Positions 10,930 to 23,504 of a DNA stretch of 64,000 nucleotides are shown here, piece by piece. The stretch covers positions 8,099,888-8,163,887 of the forward strand of contig NC_092676.1 in the NCBI RefSeq assembly GCF_964355755.1. Reading direction: 5' to 3'. Under the pieces are notes generated by a model. It was not told where the DNA came from. It saw nothing but the letters and a program-made list of their open reading frames with translations, and did not search any database. The number at the start of each line of letters is the position of its first letter. Positions within the stretch are counted from its first letter, which is position 1. Both the position numbers and the translations under genes were made by a program. This stretch comes from Antedon mediterranea. Lineage: Eukaryota > Animalia > Echinodermata.

Positions 10930-13900
10930 TTACTTTGTGTTCGCCACCGTTTTTTAGCAAGGATGTGTATGTCCGCATGTAAAAAGACATCGATTTCATG
11001 CTGTAGTGATACTGTCTTGTTCATTGTTCACTATTATACAAAAATATTACAGTTATTATTTATGTATAGTATGTATTATATAAAACTATTATTAGAGTAG
11101 AAGTCTTAAAGTGAGTACATTTATACCAATCTTAATACCGTATAGCCAGTCTGTCTCAAATATGCATATGTTTACAGTTCTAAACAGTGCCTTACCACAA
11201 TTAATATTCTTACTATAGCGTCATACAAGATTATTCACTGTTTAAATGTACATTACTGCAGTAAGTACACCTGTTTCGTTACACAAATAGACAAATACTG
11301 ACGTATATCATCTCTCGTTTCCTTTAGTTTAATGATAGTAATTTATTTATATTTATTGTCCAATAAATGAGAAAAATTACCCTATAAACAGTATAAACGA
11401 TTGGTTCCCGGAGACGTAACGCAATTACGTATAGACGCAATGCAAGTTAGTTGACCAATTGACAAGCGCCATTTCGAATAATCCGTCGCTCGTGATTGGT
11501 CAAACCATTTACGTCCTTGCGATGCGTCTTTAGCGCAGTGCCAACCAAGCATTGACAAGTCCTGGGAAGTAAGAATATGTAAAAATATGTAAATTATTAT
11601 TTGATTATTATATTATTTTTAACAGATGGTATATAGCCAACACAGTCCCCCTCCCCCATCCGTCGACATACATAAACAATGTGTGTTATTAACACTATCA
11701 TTTCTTCCTATTTAAGAAATCGTCAAATAATGTGTAAACAAAAAATTAATATGATATTGTCAAATGTTATATTGATTTTTCACTGTGTAAATTTACCAAA
11801 CAACCATATAATCTAAAATCAAAATTACATTTTGAATATGCATCATTTTATAACTCCCTTGATATCATATTAATTTCATAAAACTCAGTATGATATTATT
11901 TTGGTATATTAAAAACAATTTTCGTTTTCTCGACATCCATAGATTATACTCCTTTACTGCATGTCCACACTGAGAATGTAAACACGCTGAGTAAGGAGTA
12001 TATTAGAGTAAAAACTAAATATTACAATCACAGCCGTGACTTAATACCGCTATTCTACACGCACCTGGTTATAGACTACATTATATAATTGCACTCCAAA
12101 TAATGTAAAAACACGTAGACCAATTACCAAACTCATGAGAATAATTTGTTCAGCAATCATGAAGTTGTAAGTCTAAAAGGACATCTCGTTTACAGATTCT
12201 CTATATTGCTTACAAATCACGTACATACAATTCTATATCGGCTTTCATGTTTTTATTACCTATAGCTTATCACAAATTATGTTTATTGTTTGAATAATGT
12301 TTATTACCAATCTGTCTATTTGTACGAATGAAGCTTGATAGAAAAAAAACGGCAATATTTAATTTAAGATTTCATTTTCCTGTTTACAGATAATTGTTTA
12401 TATTGTTACAAATCACGTCCACATAATTTATTTTATCTCATATTTATCTATTTTTACGAATATAAGAAAACTACTGTATAATATACTTTTTTTGTCTTGT
12501 GTGGGTTCGTCCCTATTACGTCATGAGGTAATTTCCCGATTGATCGTAATCAAAACGGTACTGGGTTTGGTCTACTAGCGTTCCTGCTCCCAACCAGTAC
12601 ATCCATTCATAGAAGCCTTAATGAAGTAAGCCTACCTGGTGGTGGCCATAGAACGGTCCCGAGATAACGACTATACTTCGGCTTTAGTCGATAGAAGATT
12701 GAATAAATTGTTAGAGATAGAGTATACGATGTTATGATTATGTGTAGATATGTGATTTGTTCTTTTTATTCCAATGATGTTATGTATTTAATAAATTTGT
12801 TATATCAATTAATTAAATTATCGTAGATTGCATATTATGCGATGAATATTATTTAATAAATTTTTGATATATTATTATTATTATATTAATAAAAAAGATA
12901 TTTGTTAGTATAAATTAAAAAATATAGATATAAGGAAGAAAAGCAAAGAGATTATGGAGCGGCTGTACCAGAATATACAATACTAAGTATTGTAAAGTTA
13001 ATATATTAAAAATTTAGGCGATCTTGTCAAAGGTCAAGCGCCTTCAGCCTGCCACGTTTCGATATTCAATATTGAACTTGACCTATAAGCTTATAGTTCT
13101 CTGTTATAAATATAATAATATATATATGCACATTTATATATTTCTCTTATTTATAAGGTACATTGCTAAAAAATACATATCTTTTAAACAGTATATACAT
13201 AGGCTAAGATTATTTTGATGTTAAAAAGAAACCACAATTACATTTATTTACATTTTTAAAAATACAATTAGTTAAAATATATAGATTGCAATAAAATGAG
13301 GATAAAAATTGATTTTTAAAAAAACGTACTTATGAAAAAGTGGTTATTGTTGTTTTATTCTGTTCGTGTCCTTGTCTGGGTAGAGAGTCTATAAACTCAG
13401 GGGAGGAATATAAAGTATCTTCCCTCTTCACCTAGACAAAAATGGATGATAATACTGTAATTATAATAATCATTTTTATATCGTTAATGAACACCCGATT
13501 CGCCGTACAGAGACCCCTGCTGTATCTCCATAATGACATCATGTTACCGTATATTCAGCCAAATTCTGTAATCAGTGTAACATTATCATATATGGTGCAT
13601 GTATTAATTTTATGGTTAGGTTAGGCGTATGGCATATGATACAGGCTACTCATGTGATACATGCACTGTATCACAGAATGTGCCTGTGATACTGTTTTAC
13701 AGTACCGAGGATCGGTTATTTATTATATTGAAGTATAGGCTGATAAAGATTATCATAATTATCATGCCAATGTTTTGTATCATTATCAGTGTCTAAACTA
13801 TCACCACAAAACCAATTCACGTTGTATTGATGTTAACACTATAATAAATCGATGATGAAAAGATAAGAAGATTAAGGATAATTATATGAAAATGGTTATT

Positions 13901-14077
13901 GCTCGTAACAAAAGCTATAATAGGCAATTCACAATGCAATAATACAATGGCCATGTACAGGCTACATGGGTGCAATTTACAATGACAAATATTGGAAAAT
14001 GCTTATGAATAACGCTCATATTTAATGATCTTTACAGGTGACAGAAACTAATAGGCTACCTTTTAGATTGTGAAGGC

Positions 14078-17000
14078 ATGGCTCCACATATCCGTGCTGT
14101 TGAGGAAGGCTATGTAAAACTAGATAGGAATAAAAACGCAGCGAAGTCACTAAGGAATAAGAAGATGAAGTTTAGATGTCGAAGATGTTTCTGCAGCCCG
14201 TATACTATGGCCACTGCGATCATTGTCTGCTGGGTAATCTGGTTCGTGTTGTGGATATACGCAATAAGTGACGTCGAGAAGCACGGGGAGCTGGTGACGT
14301 TGCCGATGGAAGTGGCCAATCGTCGAGGTGCTTTCTGTCTTGATGGATCTCCGCCTGGTTACTATATAAGAAAAGGTATTAAGCCTACTCATTATTACGT
14401 TAGGAAGCTTTTAATTTGCGACAGGACATATGACCTATTGTGCCGTTGGTCACGCCCGGACAGAACTGCGCTGGGGTGATGGTAGAACAAGACTTCTAGA
14501 GGATAAAGACTATAAACCGTCGGTCCAGTGTACAAATCTAGCTCATGTGCACTTTAAAGAACCTAGTATATCTTTCGAGACGAGTAGGGGGTTTTCCCCG
14601 GTGTAGGCATACTATATACAGCCACTGTCACACACATACAATTGTCATAACTCATCATGAGGGCCCCTTGATTGTCAGCATACACTGTTCAGGGTCACCC
14701 TCTATAAATAGGGTTGAATAAAATAAATGACGTATTCGTTCTTAATTTCAAGTTTGTCGCAAATTGAAACCTCCCAATTAATTCATCTTTTTCATCTTAA
14801 TTCTTCAGTTATTGCCAATTATAATCATTTTGGCGAAATTTATACCTCTCACGGTTTTCTCACATTGTCTCATCTGATTACAATTGTCAGTTTGTACATG
14901 ATCTTGAGATATCACACCCATCACTTTGTAACTGAACTTGTACAAGAATTCCATAAGATAGCAAGTGTACTTATCCAATATTGATGGATAGTACTCTTAA
15001 TAAACTAAGTGACGTTCGTTTTAATTAGCTGACTTCTAATTGACCATGATTTATTAGTGTTTGCGTCCGTCCACTCTTCTCTTGACAACTGATGTCTCTA
15101 TTTACATCATTATAATTAGAGAGCTGTTCTGCTGGACACGATGGTTTAACCATGAAAATGTTTCTGTTAATGTTTTTAAAAATGTTTTATTAAAAGCAGT
15201 CCTAACATGTTAAAATATTGAATTTCGAGACTCCATAAAACACACAGAGAATGATAAAGAAAATAATTAAAGTACATAACTTTCAACGGCCAATGAAATA
15301 AAAATAATACTATTAAACAGGAAAGAGTGAAATGATATTCAATTAAATTCATTCTTCCCTGCTAAAGTATTAGGAGCGCTCCTATAAGAGACACTCAAAT
15401 ATCCATGTTAACACCATGATAAATGTACTTTCAAGGGTAGACCTACACCTCTACCTGCTTTAGAACCTTAGATCATCCGTGAGCAAAAGAACCTTTATCT
15501 AAATTCGTTTGTCTATTGACCAGACAATTGTACCTAACACCCCTTACACCAAAAACACCGGGGCGTCAACTCGGGAGTGTCTCCGGAGTTTTTCTTTTGG
15601 TGTGAAAGGGTATTAGTTAATATGCTATCATCTAATTTCAGCTGGAGAAGAAGACGAAAAATCGTGGGTGATCATTTTAGAAGGTGGTGACTGGTGTTGG
15701 AATGTTACAGACTGCTATGAAAGAAGTCTCACTACATTAGGCTCCACTACCTACGGTCCTGATAAAGTGGACTTTAACGGTATACTGTCGAATGATAGAC
15801 TTGTAAATCCAGATTTTTACAACTGGAATGCTGTATTGATAAAATATTGTGATGGTGGTTCATTTTCTGGTAAGTGCAGTCTAATAGTACTTTCCTATTA
15901 GTTTGTAAGAATGTTCCAAGTACACTTACAATGATGGTTGTTGCTGATGTTTGTTAGCACGACATCGTCCACTGTTTTTTATCCTGGTTGCTTTTAAACT
16001 ATAGGCCTTAACCAACAGACCATGCTTATTGATTTCCATAAATATCGATATATTGCTGACGTTAAAAAAGCTTAATAAAATCTCGAGTTATCTGTATCTC
16101 ATAAGAGAAAGCGTTTGTACGGATTTGTTTTCCCAGGGAAGGGTGAAATTAATTTCACTTTTTCCTGGTTTTCCAAATGTTTGCTATTACTGCCCGTATC
16201 CAACACACAGGGTATTCTGGGAAGACTTTTTGAAACCTGCCCCGTGTTGATATTTTTCTAAAGTTCTGTCTGTACTATCATACTTTATGTGACCAGAAAT
16301 GTGATGCGGCCAAATATGGACATGATGATATTTTAGCCCTACCATACCACATATCATATGGCATACCACTACCATATTTGAGTACATCACACTTTTTTGT
16401 CGAACTAGTTTGGTAGTGTAGACAAAAAATGTGATGGGGCCATATATGGACATGGTGATATCTTAGCACTACCATATTTTGGCATATCATTACGATATTG
16501 AGCACATCCCACTTTTTTGTCGAACTAGTTTGATAGTGTAGACAAAAAATGCGATGTGCCCATATATGGACATGATGATGTCATATCACTACCATTATTA
16601 TTTAAACATATTACTTACCGTATTTGGGCAAATCACACTTTTTTTGTCAAACTAGTTTGTAGACTAGCGTAGACAGAGCTTAAGTCGTCAACAAAATATT
16701 AAATAGCTCTCTGAATTTGTATTTCGCTTAGTTTCTGAGCGTTTGATTTATTATATTCTGATTTATGAATATAACAGTACGTGTCATCATATCCTATCAC
16801 TAATCTTTGTCACTTATGCTTTACCTTCACTAACACAATATGTATTTTTTCCTTAGGCAATCTATCATTTCCAGTAAATTACAAAAATAAGAACTTGTAC
16901 TTACGAGGAATAAGGATACTAGATACTGTAATGAAGCACCTGAAGGACACGGAAGGTCTTGACTCGGCAACAAGGGTGATATTCGGCGGTGCATCAAGTA

Positions 17001-19605
17001 ATTTATTTTATAATTAATACCTGTATCAGTGTTCTCCCACTAATAATAATAATAATAATAATAATAGTACGTCGATCTTATAAGCCTCTTAGCGCTTCAA
17101 TTACCACTTGTTTGTATCAAACCCGCCTGGAAACATACTACCATGATGTTGCAGTTGTGTTTTTACCTATACTAGAAATGAATTCCGGCAATTATTATTG
17201 CTATTGATACTATATTAAGCTCTGTCTACACTATCAAACTTTATGTGACAAACAAATGTGAAGTGCCAATATATGGATATGATAATGTCATATCACTACC
17301 ATATTTAAGCATATCATTAACATGGGCACATCATACGTTTTTTTGTCAAACTAGTTTTATAGTGTGGACAGAGCTTAAACCAGATAATATTGTACTTTGT
17401 CCATCCGATTGACAAAATATAACCGTTGCATGCTCTATGGCTATGTTTTAATGGCTAGGCCTAACCAATGCAACCATGGCATAACCTACCACTAGATAAT
17501 CTTTTATTTGAATGTTGAATTAATTTAATTAAGAATAATTAAATCAACAGCAATATAAAGAAAAATGCATTATCGTCGTGTGGTGTAATATTCCATCCTT
17601 CCACTGTGTCTGCTTTTATAGAATTTTGGATCGGTTAATTCAATTTCGAAATAAATAATAATCTCGGAGAATAGGACCTGAAATTTTAATTATTCCATAC
17701 TGAATTTAATTTTCATATTGATTTATTTATCATTATGCATGTCATTTCTTATTCAAAATGTAATTATTTTAAATATTATTACCATTATATTATCATATTA
17801 TTTATATTAGGTGGCGGCTTAGCAGTATTTGCCCATTCGGATCACGTTCGGAACATGTTCGACCCGAGTGTTAAGTTCCATGCTCTTGCAGATGGTGGAT
17901 TCCTACCAATGATACGTAACACATCAAACTACCAGAACTTTATGGTTTCTTTACAACGAGTTTACAATTTACATCAAGTTTTAACAGGTAATTAGGCCAA
18001 GCTTAAAGATGTATTGTCCTCCTCAAAAAAACAATTCTTTAAAAATGTTTTGTTGAATATGCAATTTTAATGTCACATAATATTTATCCATTTTGACCAA
18101 AAAATTGTATCGAAAAAAAATATTTACCTGAAAAAAATTGTAATTTAAAGCAAAAAATAGTCAAATTGGCTGCCAGCCATTATTTTTTTTCATTTTATAA
18201 GTGTAAACATGATTTATTTTTCGTTCTTTTTCTACGGAAGTGATTAACTTTATTAAATACAAAATAACCTATTCAAAGTCTGATTTAATTAATCATGTTT
18301 TTGGGGGATGATACATCTTTAAGGGAAACAACTTTTCGATTTGTACGTCGGCTATTTGGAATTACTAATTTACTCGGCTAGCACGTCAGGCAATACGTCA
18401 TAGACATAGTTATGTTACTGAATTGGCTCGTTTCATCAACATTTTCAGCAAGATTACCTTACCAAGTAATGCATCATAGTTAGGGCTTACAGCAGTTACG
18501 TGCACGACCTCTCGTTAAACCGATGCTGTTGTTTTATCCAATTAAACATAATATAAATATTCATTTTTTAAAACATCTTAATTAGCAAAATCTTTCGAAA
18601 GTGCGTCAATAATACTAAAAGAAATATTTTAAAGTTTTTCCATAATTCAAGTAATTAGGTTACGCCATCAATCAATCAATCGTTCGATTAATAGGCCTAT
18701 AATATCAGAAAATGTGAGTTTTGAATAGTGATTTACATGTGCTCAATAATGATGTTTGTTCAAATGGAGGTGGATCCAGAGCCTGGGTCCAGCAATAGGC
18801 CTACTAAAACTATGTTTGCAATTTAAACAAAGGAAAATAGAATAGTCAATCAAGTGACGAATTAGGTCTTTTTAAAAATGTCATACGCATCCAACAAAGA
18901 AATTCGCTAATTACAGGATGGCAAATATTACTATTATGCTTATAAACTATATTAGTCTTATTTGAGCCTAAAGGAGTAGAGTGGAATTAGTCCGACTGAT
19001 GAGTTACAATCCGGGACCTTGAAAGCCTGGCATAACCACAAAGACTATTTTTATTTTATTTTATGACAACATTATAAAACCTTTATGTTTTCACAGGATC
19101 ACTTAACAAGGCTTGTCTTGCGTCAAAGGTTCAAAGTGAAGCACAGTGGCAATGCTTCTTCCCAGAGTTCGTCTACCCTCACATAAAATCAAAGATATTC
19201 ATTCTCGATTCGATGCATAACGCCTGGTCTCTGTGGTACATTCTAAACACAAGATGTCATCCGTCCAAATGCAAGGCAGAGCAGGCGAATATCAATCGAT
19301 ATCAAAGCGAATTCATTAACCTCATTTCACCAGTACAGGCGTCAAAGAAAGACGGCATGTATGTGACGTCTTGCTTTGTGGAAGATCAGTCTCAATGTGA
19401 CCATAAATGGAATAAAGCAGTATTTAACGATCAGTCTCCTCAAGAGGCGTTCCACGATTGGTATTTTGCGGCTAATGTTAACCCTCATGCCAGGCAAATA
19501 GACTGCCAAGACAAATATGATTGTAATGCACAATGTGACTGGAGCACTTACGCTTATGACAAAATTACACGGGAGTATGAAAAGAAGGATTTCTTTGTTG
19601 TTTAA
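14078..19605 (+). CDS. Pectin acetylesterase/Notum-family alpha/beta hydrolase-like protein, 450 aa, type II membrane anchor, altered catalytic triad
   Basis: join(14078..14375,15642..15869,16857..16997,17811..17987,19097..19605), all GT-AG, 1353 nt in frame. Family motifs: AFCLDGSPPGYY, LEGGDWC, GILS...NPDFYNWN...YCDGGSFSG, LYLRGIRIL, GASSGG, ADGGF, CFFPE, DWYF, IDC..YDCN..C. An acceptor at 14037 implies an upstream non-coding exon. Confidence 0.92.
14440..14727 (+). mobile_element. SINE with Deu/Nin-domain-like core
   Basis: GGATAA(A/G)GACTATAAACCG...GTGCACTTTAAAGAACC...GAGTAGGGGGTT..CCCCGGTGT resembles, from memory, the Deu-domain core; A-rich tail; three more copies in the window. Confidence 0.65.
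16262..16680. mobile_element. MITE family A tandem trimer
   Basis: Three head-to-tail internal units between one pair of outer termini; TAA duplicated at both ends. Confidence 0.85.
17218..17375. mobile_element. MITE family A copy
   Basis: AGCTCTGTCTACACTATCAAACT...ATAGTGTGGACAGAGCT. Confidence 0.85.
18007..18318. mobile_element. Kolobok-like non-autonomous element
   Basis: TTAA|AGATGTATTGTCC...GGATGATACATCT|TTAA; TTAA TSD with AG...CT termini; homologous copies at 22357, ~29123 and ~41215. Confidence 0.75.
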
Positions 19606-20446
19606 TATCATTTTCCGTGTGTATCTCTATTCATACGACGACCGTCCTATTTTGTTGAAGAAAATATCGCTGTATCTTTTTGCGTTTGCCCTAAGTATAA
19701 TAAGCAGGGCCATGGAATAAACATTTTTCTCCATGGTATAGAGATACAGTTTCAACAGACTGCAGTATCTTCGTTTGGCGAGTTTCTCTTTTTTTTCGGA
19801 TAGGCTTAACTTATAGACTTGTTTTTAATAATAGCTAGCTTACTTAAGATCAGAAATAGGCCTTAGATGTTATTAGTACGAGCTTTATTTGGATTGTAGA
19901 TATTTAAATATAAAATATCGAATTAGATGATAAAACCAAAGAAAGGCAAAAGTGGTAATTGTAATATTGAAATAATATTTAGTGTTTTTTTTTTTAATTT
20001 TCAATACATTTTTTATGATCAATATTTTTCTCTTTTTACATTTCAATTTATTAACATTTTATTTGATTTGAAAATGTAATTTGCACTCTACTAAGAAATC
20101 CAAAACAAATATTGATAAATACCGAATATTATCTTATTACGAGTCAGGTTTATGGAGAATCAGGTAATTATTATGCCAAACCATGCGTATCTAAAAGCAA
20201 TTAACATTGAATTAGCTCACGCTCTTGAGCTTAACGTGAAATTCATTCAATCATAACATTACGTATCGCCACAGGCACTATAACATTTAGCTTAACTTTA
20301 AATCCTTTATTAGATTATCCAGTATTCGATTATTTAATAATGAAGTTTGTATATAGAGTGAGTTAAAGCAACAATGCTGTCAAAGGTCTTTTTATACAAC
20401 TCTCTGTTCTAACGTAGTAAATTGATGATGGTTATGTTTATCCTTA

Positions 20447-20780
20447 AACTCTGTGTACACTATCAAACTAGTTCGACAAAAACAAACTCTGTGTACACTA
20501 TCAAACTAGTTTGACAAAAACAAGAATGTGATGTACCCATATGGTAGTGATGACGCCATTATGTCCATATGGGCACATCACATTTTTATCCCATAAAGTT
20601 TGATAGTGTTGTTGACTGAGCTAAAGCTTGGTTATTACTTGGACGCAAATCAGCAACGCCGTAAGCGCAACGTGAGTTGACCAATCACAAGCGACAGTTT
20701 TGATGATCCATCAAGTCATGATTGGTCAAATTATTTAAAAGCCTGGTTCCTATTTGGACGTAGCGCAACGACGAAAATCA
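20447..20780. mobile_element. MITE family A copy (duplicated left end) abutting a degenerate family B copy
   Basis: AACTCTGTGTACACTATCAAACTAGTT occurs twice, then the family A core; followed by AAGCTTGGTT...GACCAATCACAAGCGA. Confidence 0.7.
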
Positions 20781-21435
20781 CAAGGCGACAGTTCGGACGA
20801 TCCTCTCGTAAATATTTTTTAAATAAATTATTCTCATTTTTTATTACCAGCTTTAGAAAGGTAAACAAATAATTAAAGTACATAATATTATACTTATATA
20901 AAACAAGGTTCTCCTGTAAAGTAAATATTATGACAATTGTGCAAATTAAATTCATACTTGCTATGTAGGTCTAGTTTAAATTGAACACATTTATATGATC
21001 AAGTCACAAGTCAAGTTTCTCTATTATTTTGTTGAATTAATGTTTTTATATACAGTATTTCAATTTTACATTCCTTGAATTAACAATGTATGCAAGCATC
21101 ATTTCATATTTTTATTCTGAATTTATAATTATTTTTATTTTAAGTTTCCATTTTATGAAATAGTGTTCCTTCAAATGTTACATTCCGTTATTTAATTAAA
21201 ATGTTCAATTTTAAAATCATGTTTTCAAACCTCAATTTGTTTGAGTAAGTTAGAAATTTGTTAAAAAAGACAGAAAACAATATGCCAGTTTACTTTCCAG
21301 AAGCAATAGCTTTCCCTTTTTATTCGTATTTTATCACTTTTTACAACCATAGAGTAACACACAACCTCACTAAATACAGTGGCCGTCGAACCCTCACTGT
21401 ATTCGATACACAACTACAACGCTTCTCACTACAAT

Positions 21436-21618
21436 CAAGGCAATCTAACAGGACGCTGAGCTCCGGAGATCAAAGGGGTTATATGTGGCTGCGATACGAT
21501 CAGTTTCCAAGCGCGCCGCGGAGAAAACTGTTAGTATTTGTCACAGCCAGACATAAGATCAAAAAACTGTTCCTATCTTGGGAAGGCGAGTTCAGTGTCC
21601 GGTTGTTAGATTGCCTTG
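21436..21618 (+). mobile_element. P-element-like MITE (family P1)
   Basis: TIR CAAGGCAATCTAACA; flanks CTACAAT / CTACAGT (7-bp TSD, one mismatch). Confidence 0.75.
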
Positions 21619-22356
21619 CTACAGTCATACAATGGTCATTCCCACCTACTCCAAAACATAACACCCCAGATCAAATTATATGTACAAAATATGTCTAAAT
21701 CATCTAAAAATACAAAAAAAAAAAGGTATGACAAGACTACAGGCGTTGTCCAGCAATGTATGCTGTAGCTAAAAATAAACACAAAACCATTCTAAGTAAT
21801 ACAGTACTAAAAATAACAAAACAAACAAAATATCATTGCTTAGAACAAACAAACATGCGTGATATTTGAAATAAAAAAATGTATTTACAAGCAGTCATCT
21901 GCTATAATAACTAAAACACACAATCATTTAACAGAATCAACAATAAATCATAACAATAATGAATATTATAATAACACACACACACATTAATAATTATAAA
22001 ACTGAGTTAACACCACCTTATGGAAACCGTTCCAATGCTTGTAATTTAAGTCTAATAACATGAATTAGTATAACATTAATCATTTTTTTCTCTTTGCATT
22101 GTTGAGCACGTATGAAATTACTTTTATGGTTTTATATTAACTAAATCACATTTTAGTTTCAAAATAAAACATATAATCACATCTTAAATACATAACATAA
22201 AATAGGTTTATAACCTAAGGGAAAACATAATCACAATTCTTTTGTATTTCTTAAACGTAAATCAAGGTAAGAATAATGAGACCTAACCAATAACTCTTTA
22301 CAGTTATACAAACTAGTAATGTCTTATAAAATAATTATTTGAAAATATTTTTTTAA

Positions 22357-22671
22357 AGAAGTATTGTCCCCCTGAAAAATTATTTTTACATTTTTTTTTT
22401 TTTAAATATGCTATGTAAATGTCACATGATAGTTATTCACAAAAAAAAAATTGGATTGAAAAAAAATTATTTACCTGAAAAAACTGTAATTTAAAGCAAA
22501 AAAATTGTTCAAATTGGCTGCCAGCCAAAGGGTTTGACCATTTATTTTGTCATTTTAGATGAGAAAACATTATTTTTTACAGAAATTTATGAAAACTACA
22601 AAATAACCTATTCAAAGTTTGATTTAATTAATCTTAATTTTTTTTAAATGTTTTTGGGGGACAATACATCT
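22357..22671. mobile_element. Kolobok-like non-autonomous element
   Basis: TTAA|AGAAGTATTGTCCCC...GGGGACAATACATCT|TTAA; homologous to 18007-18318. Confidence 0.78.
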
Positions 22672-23187
22672 TTAACAGCAGAAAATATATCTCAGGCTGT
22701 TGTTTTTACGATGACCTCTGAGAGTTTTAAAATTCTTTATGAATGAAATTATGCAGCAATGTGTTAATAGTCATACAAAATATTTTGTAAAAAAACACCA
22801 TAAAATTGAAAAAAAAAATTATCATAATATGTAAATGTATTTTTTTTTTCACAATATGGAATTATATAATAGTATCCGACATGTTTTTTCTTTTTTTTTT
22901 TACAAATTACAATTGTACTCAATACTGTACCTATGTGTCCAGAATACCATAGATACATTATGTAATACAGTGTCATTCCAACTGACTTCTTTTAAACATT
23001 CAATCTCTTTACACTTACAGTATTTATTCTTTACATTTTTTAACAGATAAAGTAATTTTGTTCTACACACACAATCAAAGTAATGTGTTGTAATTGAGGT
23101 AGCCAAAGTAATTACAGAATATTGAACTGAGACAATTGCACTCACATGCAACAGAGCACACACGCATTATCATTTCTGACGTGTGAT

Positions 23188-23393
23188 CAAGGCAATCTAA
23201 CAACAGTTAGTGCGCCCACCTTGCCAAGATAGGAACTTGTAACAGTCCTTTGATCTGGCATGCGACAAATAGCAACAGTACTTGCTCTCTGTGATGCGCA
23301 GTATCCGTTATGGGAGTGGGAACTGATTGTGTCGCAGCCACAGAAAACCCTTTTTATCTCCGGAGCTCAACGTCCTGTTATTAGATTGCCTTT
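23188..23393 (-). mobile_element. P-element-like MITE (family P1), inverted relative to the 21436 copy
   Basis: Same TIR; perfect 7-bp TSD GTGTGAT. Confidence 0.78.
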
Positions 23394-23504
23394 GTGTGAT
23401 AGACTCAGAGCAAACAATTTTCTACATTTCAAAAAGGGGAACTCTCTGGCTCCACATAAAAGGCTCGCAACAATAAACAAATAATTTAATACTTTGAAAT
23501 ATCA

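Noticed and set aside
18996-19030. CTGATGA...GAAA as a hammerhead ribozyme
   Set aside because: No complementary stem II or flanking stems.
21258-21698. 146-aa ORF
   Set aside because: Runs through a P-like MITE in the probable 3' UTR of the minus-strand gene.
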